A stretch of 64,000 nt of DNA. It comes from Torpedo marmorata. Lineage: Eukaryota. Positions 51,801 to 60,800 of this stretch are shown here, piece after piece (positions within the stretch are counted from its first letter, which is position 1; every line of letters starts with the position of its first letter). The notes under the pieces were generated by a model. It was not told where the DNA came from, searched no databases, and was given only the letters and a program-made list of their open reading frames with translations. Position numbers and translations under genes: made by a program. The stretch covers positions 177,692,001 through 177,756,000 of the forward strand of contig OZ360224.1 in NCBI GenBank assembly GCA_977017645.1, in the 5' to 3' direction.

Positions 51801-54800
51801 GAAACGGTCACATTGCTTGTGAAACAGGTACACCGCCTGACTCTGCTGTCCAGAGATCACAATACACTCCATGCTTAACGATACATCAGATAATTATTTT
51901 GGTAAATGAAGGCTGCATTTCATCCAAGACAATATATCCTTCCTGAGGTACAGTCGCAATGACACACAATACAACTGTAATTGAATCATGTCTTTGCCTA
52001 GATGTAATATAACTTCCATCTTCCAAATTTGAAGGGCAACGTTCCATTGAAAGTGGGAACACCGGAAGGCGCAATGGTCACGTGACCCACAGCAAGCGCC
52101 AGCTGTTTGTTTAAACGCAGCAGCCATCAATTCCACTTCTCCAAACACATGAGGCAGATCAATTTAAATGTGTTAAAACTGAAGTCCCACACACTTCGAG
52201 AGCAGGACATGCTATTCTGAAATGGCAGAAAGTAGACTCAGAATGGGGTCTTTATCGTTGGTCTTTCAGTCTCTGCGATGAAGCATTGTGCTGGCCAAAC
52301 AAAACCTTCAGAAATGAACTTGCTAACCTTGAACTAACTGACTTAAAGAGTATTCTGGGTGAAACAGTGAAAACATTTGTTGCCTGGCAGTCAGCCAGGT
52401 CCCAGAGGGAAAAGGAAATTCAAACAAACAAGCTCTTTGAAGATGACATCATGGGGGAAGGCTTGACCAAAGGGTCTAAAATACAAAACTCGGTCACTTC
52501 CTGCAAAACTTGCACTGGAACAAAGAGGATTCCAATTAAGTTGAAGGAGAAGAAAACATGGGCCGAGGTTTCGCAAAAATTGCCCAGGGAAGTGTCAGAA
52601 TTCACAGACATTATTCCATCTAAAAGACAACATCTTCCTTATTCCTGCACTTACGAAGGGCAAAATCAAAGTTCAAAGTTCTGATTTATTGTCAGAGTAC
52701 ATACACGACATCAGATATGACCCTGAGATTCGGACAGTTGCTGTCAGCAGTGGTGGGCTGTTCCTGGATCATGAACTCCCGGAGCTCAAATAACCCTGTA
52801 TCAAGTTCAAGGTGCAGCAACACTTTTGTTGCTAAGCTTGGTCTGTACCGAAGGGAAGGGTGCAAGTGATTCAGGATAAGTGTTTTTAATGTCAAAAGAC
52901 TTTTAAGTCAGGTTTTAGTTTGATTTGGACATCATGTTAAGCACAGACACATGGGCCAAAGGACCTGTTCTATGTTGTATGTGAAACAAACTTATTCAGA
53001 TCGATGGTGATTTTGCCCTTCCACAATGCACTGCATCCTGCGACTTCAGAAAATACCCCCATCATTTCAAGCCTTAGGATATTAAGCTCATTTATCTAAT
53101 GTTATCAGAAAGGGAGAAATTATGCTTGCAAAACACAATATTATCTCGTAGTTTAGTCTGCAGAGAGATATAGATAGGTTAAGTGAGTGGGCAAGGGTCT
53201 GGCAGATGGAGTACAATGTTGGCTAATGGGAGGTTATCCACTTTGGGAGGAAAATGGAAGATCAGAATATTATTTAAATGGCAAGCGATTGCAGCATGCT
53301 GCCGTGCAGAAGGACTTGGGAGTGCTTATGCATGAATTGCAAAAGGTTGGTTTGCAGGTGCAAGCAGGCTATCAAGAAGACAAATGGAATGTTGGCCTTC
53401 ATTGCTGGAGGGATTGAATTTAAGAGCAGGGAAGTTATGCTGCAACTGTACAAGATACTGGTGAGGCCACATCTGGAGTACTGCATGCAGTTCTGGTCTC
53501 TTTACTTGAGGAAGGATGTACTGGCTTTGGAGGCGGTGCAGAGAAGGTTCATCAGGTTGATTCCAGATATGAAGGGGTTAGCATATGAGGAGAGATTGAA
53601 TCGTCTGGGACTGTACTCACTGGAATTTAGAAGAATGAGAAGGGATCTTATAGAAACATAAAATTATTAAAGGCATAGATAAGATAGAGGTAGGCAAGTT
53701 GTTTCCATTGGTAGGGTTGATCAGAACTAGGGGACATAGCCTCAAGGTTCATGGTAGTAGATTTAGGACAGAGATGAGGAGGAATTGCTTTTCCCAGAGG
53801 GTGGTGAATCTATGGAATTCGCTGCCCATTGAAGCAGTGGAGGTGACCTCAGTAAATATACTTAAGACAAGGTTGGATAGATTTTTATATAATCAGGGAA
53901 TTGAGGGATATTGGGAAAAGGCAGGAGGTGGAGATGAGCTTATCATCAGATCAGCCATGATCTCATTGAATGGTGGAGCAGGCTTGATGGGCTGGATGGC
54001 CGACTGCTGCTCGTATTTCCTATTTCTTATGTTTTTAACCAACACGTATAAAAGTGTGAAAAAATTGTCAATGAAACTAGCAATGGCATCAATAAAGAAA
54101 TCAGAGGGGAAAATTAACTAGCAATCTACATCCATTCTGGTGTGTGATCAGAAACCATTGACATGTTTTGAGATGGGTGATTCTTCTTCTTCTTCAGAAA
54201 GACTGTAAATAAACAAGACAGGGACAAACATTTTCAGAAGCAGAGTTTAAAGGTGTGTGCAATACAGACAAGAAATTAGTCGGTAACAGTAACAAACTAC
54301 ATGCTCAGAACCTCTGGTATGAAGGAGAGTTTACAGTAGCTTCCATAAGGTGATATACTCCAACATATGGGCTGTAACTTCAAGGGTACAAGGGAACACC
54401 TGCTCAGAAACAAATTTATTCACAGATGGCAATGTGGATTGACAGGGAGACATTACTGAGATTACAAGGACAAATTGCATTGATTGTATTGATAAATCTG
54501 TTATCCAGTGTAGAAGATGCATCAACCTACAAATCCAGTGTAGAAGATGCATCAACCTACAAATTTTGCATTTCAGGAATCTGCATATTTCCAAGTTTAT
54601 GTAAATCAATCTCAACACTGAAATATCAGTGTCAGAACATGTGCCAGTTGCACTATGATGAGCATGTTTGATTGTTCACAAAGATGTTACCGGGACTTGA
54701 GAATCTGAGTTACAGAGAAAAATTAAACAGGTTAGAACTTTATTTCCTGGAGCGTCAGAGAATGAGGGGAGATTTGATAATATGTAAAATGATGAGGGGT

Positions 54801-57800
54801 ATAGATAGAGTAAATGCAAGCAAGTTTTTTCCATTGAGGGCAGGTGAGACAAGGGCAAGAGAACATGGGTTAAGGGTGAAAGGTGAAATGTTTAAAAGGA
54901 ACATTCATGGTCACTTCTTCACTCAGAGAGTGGTGAGAGAGTGGAATGAGATGCCAGATGAAGTGGTCAATGCAGGATCGTTTTTGACATTTAAGGAAGA
55001 TTTGGATAGGCACATGGATGGGAGGTGTATGTAGGGCTATGGTCTGGGTGCAAGTCAATTGGACTGGGCAGAATAATGGTTTGGCACGAACTAGATGGGC
55101 CGAAGAGTCTGTTTCTGTGCTGTAGTGTTCTATGGTTCTGTGGTTGCACCAATTTAAGAAGCTATAGGGTTGTAAGAAGATTCTATGGACAAACCTGACT
55201 GATTCTGAAGACTAATTAATACATAAAAGTGCTGGAGAAATTCAGCAAGTCCCGCAGCATCCACAGGAGGCAAAAATACATAACCAACGTTTTGGGCCTG
55301 AGCCCTTTGTCAAGGTGTGAGCAAAAAGCAGGCAGGCGCCGGAATAAAAAGGTGGGAGCAGGAGGCAAGAAGGGGCAGGGGGAAGAGCACAGGCCAAGGG
55401 AAAGAGGCCATAGGCAGACATGGATAGGAGGGCAGGAGAGAAAAGCTGAGAATTGATCAGGGCAGGGGGTATTTCTGTGAATGCAGAGCTGGTGGAAAGA
55501 AGACAGGGGGATAGGGAAAGAGAGAGAAAGAGACAGGGCGTGGGGAGCTGGAGAAAAGGCAGAGGGATAGGGAAAGGGAGAGATGGGGGGGGGGGGTGGG
55601 GGGAGGTACGGAAACCGGAGGTCAATGTTAATGCCATCTGGTCGGAGGATGACCAGTCAGAATATGAGCTGTTGTTCCTCCAATTTGCGGGTGGTCTCAG
55701 TTTGGCAGTGCATGAGACCATGGCCAGACATGGAAATGGGGTGGGGAATTGAAATGGGTGGCCATTGGGATATCCCCGCTATCAAAGTGGACAGAGCAAA
55801 GGTGCTCAACAAAGCGATCTCCCAGTCTGTGTCCAGTCTCTCCGATGTAGAGGAGGCCACAATGGGAGCACCGGATACAGTCGATAACTCCTGCAGATTC
55901 ACAGGTCTATCATATGAAAAGGTTAAGTAGACTGGACTTGTACTCTCCAGACTTTAGAATAATGAGAAATTAGCTCAGTAAAACAAAGTTTTCACAGGGC
56001 TCAGTGAAATTAATTTTTCCCTTGGTTGGAGTGTTTAGAATTAAGGGTCAAGGTCTAAAATTAAGAGGTCGGCCACGATGAGACGCATCCTTAGCATGAG
56101 GGTGGCTTCCCTTCCTGAAAGGTTTGTTGGAGTTCCGTCACCAAATATACTCAGTCAGCAATTGATCAATTTTTAGATTTTTAAGGGTTTTAAGGAGTAT
56201 GGAATTTGTGTGAGAAAGTGGCTCTGTGATTAAAGATCAGCTGCAATCTTATTCAATGGCAGGGTAGATATATGAGGCTGAATTAGCAACTCCGGTTACT
56301 ATTTAATAAAATCAGCACTTTTCATTAACAAATAAAATGTTGCACATAAAATGATTTACAAAAGTGCATCTTGAATGCTAATTTCTGAATTACATGGAGA
56401 AGTTGTCACATGTGACCACTGCTTCAATAATAGTTAACATCTATCACATTAGATGTGTGCAGAGCAGACTCGCCTAGCTCAACAGATCCAGTTGCAGTGG
56501 CAGGAAGAGGTTGCTGAAAGCAGTTAGTGACAGTGCATTCGTGAACTGGAGGGAGAAGCACATCAACTGGGCACCTTTGACTGGCTTTAAACTACAGAAC
56601 ATTACAGCACACAAACAGGCCCTTTGGCCCATCTTGTCCGTGCCGAACTATATTTCGAACTCGTCCCAACGACGTGCACCCATACTGTTGCCCTCCATAC
56701 CACACCCCCATCCATGTCCCTATTCAAATTTCTCTTAATGTTGAAATCGATCCCAAATCCACCACTTCCGCTGGCAGCTCTCACCACCCTCTGTGAAGTT
56801 CCCCCAAATATTTCCCTGAAACATTTCACCCTTAACCCATGTCCTCCCATTCTTGTCTCACTCAACCTCAATGGAAAAAGTCTGTTTGCATTTACCCTAT
56901 CTATACCCCTCATAATTTTGTATATGTCTATCAAATCTCCCCTCATTGTCCAATGCTCCAGGGAATGAAGACCTTGCCTATTCTACCTTTCCCTATAACT
57001 CAGCTCAAGTCCTGGCAACATTCTTGCAAATCTTCTCTGCACTCTTTCAATCTTATAGATACCTTTCCTGACGTTAGTTGACCAACTGCACACGATATTC
57101 CAAATTTGGCTTCATAAATGCCTCATACATAGTCAACATAACAACCCAACTTCTGTACTCTCTACTTTGATTTATGAAGACCTTTGTGCCAAAAGCTCTC
57201 TTTACGAGCCTATCTACCTGCGACACCACTTTCAAGGAATTATGAATTTGTAGTTCCAGATCCCTCTGTTCTGCCGCACTCCGCAGTTCCCTACTGTTTA
57301 CCATACAAGTCCTACCCTGGTTCATCCTCCCAAAGAGCAATATCTCACACTTGTCTGCATTAAATTCCATCTGCCATTTTGTGGCCCATTTTCCCAACTG
57401 GTCCAGATCCCACTGCAAGCTTTGAACGCCTTCTTCGCTGTCCACAACACCCCCAATCTTAGTGTTGCCTGCAACTTTGCTGATCCAATTTACCTCATTA
57501 TTATCCAGATTGTTGATATACAAACAACAAAGGACCCAGCACCGATCCCTTAGGCATACCATGAGTCATAGGCCTCCAGTCAGAGTGGCAATCATCTACT
57601 ACCACTCTGCTTCTCTCACAAAGCCGATTTCAAATCCAATTTACTACCTCATCCTGAATACAGAGTGACTGAACCTTCTTGAACAACCTCCCATGTGGGT
57701 CGTATTAAAGGCCTTACTGAAGACCAAGTGTGGCCAGGGGTTCATCGAACGTCCATGCCACTCCAACAGTGACAGGCCCAGAATCAACTGTCACGTTGAG

Positions 57801-60800
57801 ACCACAGCTGGGTTAAAAAGACACAAGCTGATAATGTTCACTCTAATACCCAAAGAACTAGATCGATATCCCAAAAATAAGTCCATTGCAAAAGAGCATT
57901 CACAATGGTAAATGGACTTCTTAAATACACACACACAAGTTTAGCCAAAGCTAGGTTCTGATAAGTTTCTGTAGGCTCCAATTTTTCTTAGATGGATTAT
58001 CGTACATCTGGATCAGAATTCACGAGTTGGTCAGGCCAATATTTATCTCTCACTCAGTATCACAAAAGGGTTTTATTTTAATTGTTTGTGGAAGCTTCCT
58101 ATGTAAAATCTACCATTGCCTTTCAAAGGACAGACTTTGCAATTATAGGTTGAAACTCTAATTGACATTCTGCGATGTAGAACTCCTAAAGTCCAGTATC
58201 TTTTGAATTTATAGTACAGATTTGTACTAATCAACCAATTCTAAAATTAACAAATATTTAAAATTGACGAAGATGTGTACTAATTTGTAGCTAATTAACC
58301 TACCAGTGCAATTTTGCTATCTCAGCAAACAATGTTTCCGATTTACCACAGAACCCAGCTAGTTTAATTCGGGTGATATCAAGAAATGGCTGATAGCACC
58401 AGATACACAGAGCCTACTTGACCAGACAACAATGCTGGCATCTATCTGAGACTGCAAAGAGTGAGTCATAGAGCTTCACAGCATAGAAGCAGGCCCTTCA
58501 ACTGACGAGGTTGTCCATCCAAGCAAGTCCCATTTGCCTGCGTTTGGCCAATATCCCTCCAAAACCTTCCCATCCAAGTACTTGAGGTCAGAAATGGGAT
58601 GTTGACTGACGATTACACAACATTCAATTCCATTCACAGCTTCTCAGCAAATGAATGCCTGCTTGCAGCAAGACCTAGACAACATTCGGGCATGGGTTAA
58701 TAAGTGTCAAGTAACATTCACGTTGCAAATACCAAGCAATGACCATATCCAACAAAAGAGAGCTTATCCACCTGTTCTTGGCATTCAACAGTTTTGCTAT
58801 CACTGACTCTCTCATGATCAATATCCTGGAATCACCACTGAGCAGACTTGACACATGAATACCATGGCTCCAAGAGGCTGGATATCCTGCAGCAAGTGGC
58901 AGAGTTTGCAAAGCCTTTCCACTGTCTGCAAGGCACATGTCGGCAGTGTGATAGAATCCAAACATAGAATCCCCCTTATCCTCACCTACCATCCCACCAG
59001 CCTCCGCATGCAACACATTATCCTCCAGAATTTCCGGCACTTACAACAGGATCCAACCACCAGACACATCTTCCCCTCTCCTCCTTCCGTAGGGACCGCT
59101 CCCTCCATGACTCCCTTGTGCACTCATCCCTCCCCACCAATCGCCCCCCCCCCGGCACCTTCCCCCTGTGGCCGCAGGAGGTGCCACACTTGTGCCCACA
59201 CCTCCTCCCTCACCACAGTCCGGGGCCCCAAACAGGCCTTTCAAGTGAAGCAACACTTCACTTGTGTATCCGCAGGATTGATTTACTGCATCCGGTGCTC
59301 CCTTTGTGGCCTTCTCTACATCAGAGAGACTGGGCGCAGACTGGGAGATCGCTTCGCTGAGCACCTTCGCTCTATCCGCACCAGTGACAGAGACCTCCCA
59401 GTAGCCAACCATTTCAGTTCTGTGTCACACTCCCATACACACGTCTGTCCATGGCCTTATGTACTATCCCACCAAGACCACCCGCAAATTGGAGGAACAA
59501 CACCTGATTTTCCGTCTGCGCACTCTCCAGCCAGATGGCATTAACATCGACTTTTCCGGTTTCTGCTAACCTGCTCTCCTCTTCCTCTTTCCAGTTCTCC
59601 TTCCTCCCTTCCCCCTCTATTTACCTAGCCATCCCTCCTCCCCTTGATCGCTGCTGTCCCCTCCCTCCCTTCTCCACCTATCACCTCCTGCCTTTGCGAC
59701 CACACCTTCCCCCCTACTCTTTTGTTCGGACGCCTGCTGACATCTTTCCATACCTTGATGAAGGGCTCTAGCCCGAAACGTCGGTTATGTATTTTTACCG
59801 TTGCTATATAAAGGACACTATTTAATCTGCTGCGTTTCTACAGCATTGTGTTTTTACTTCAACCACAGTGTCTATAGATTTTCGTGTTTTACTACTCTCT
59901 ATCCACCTGGACGAGTCAGCTCCATCCACTGTCAAGGAGCAGGGCAAAGCAGCCCAATTAATTGGCACCCCATCAACCATGCTAAACATTGCATCCACCT
60001 TTGATGCACAGTAGATGCAGAATCATTAAAGATTGCAGTGGTATACACACCTGTATACACTGTGCTGCCACTTGTGATGGCACCTGCCTTCTGGTAGGAC
60101 TGTGATGAAGAAGCCTTCCATAATTGCATGAAAGGCATCATCCTGTGATTCTGTAGGTCATCCCATTATTTGGCCAGTCTATGAGATAGCTTCTCCCAAT
60201 TTAGACACCACACAGAGTACCTGTTCCTTCTGTATTTGGTTTTTTTCCCCCACTTAACCTTCAGGTCAGGAGATCCCAGTCAGATGACTGGGAATTCTAT
60301 CCTGCTGCAGGTCTGACAGTTGAGACTTCCCCTACGTAATGCAATATAAATAGACTCCACGAGACCAGCACCTGTCACTCAGCTCACCTAGACTTACGGG
60401 GGGACCTCCCAAGTCCAGAACCTGCTAACTAAAGGCAACTGTCTGCCATAACTAGAGAGGCACGGTTACCGCGGGGGTCTGGGCCCAAAATGGAGGCACC
60501 TGTGCTGGCAGCGGCCTCAAGGGGTTGCAAACTCCAAGGAAGCAGAGGATTAGCGCAGGGCATCAGAAACAGGGAGAACACCCCCCAGCTTGAGATGGAG
60601 AAACAGAGGAGTCGACCCTATGCGACAGTGACCACAGCGTAGGGCCAGCGGCTGAAGAACACACAGGCAACGGGCTGTTGGCAACTCGAGGCGAGGAACC
60701 TACTCAGGCTGTGGGCAACTTGCGGTCAAAGGACTCACACCAGGCTGCAGATTGCTGGTGACTGGCTCGAGACTGGCTGAAGGGGTTCCAGGTATCGGAA

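Larger units (their letters stand above)
58330..60060 (+). mobile_element. Degenerate LINE RT fragment hosting the Penelope insertion; related pieces at about 35980-36200, 41770-42070, 43860-43995 and 49780-49960
   Basis: [27 protein letters not shown] motif; the host GATAGAAT|ACTCTC is split by the insert; clade not resolved. Confidence 0.6.
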
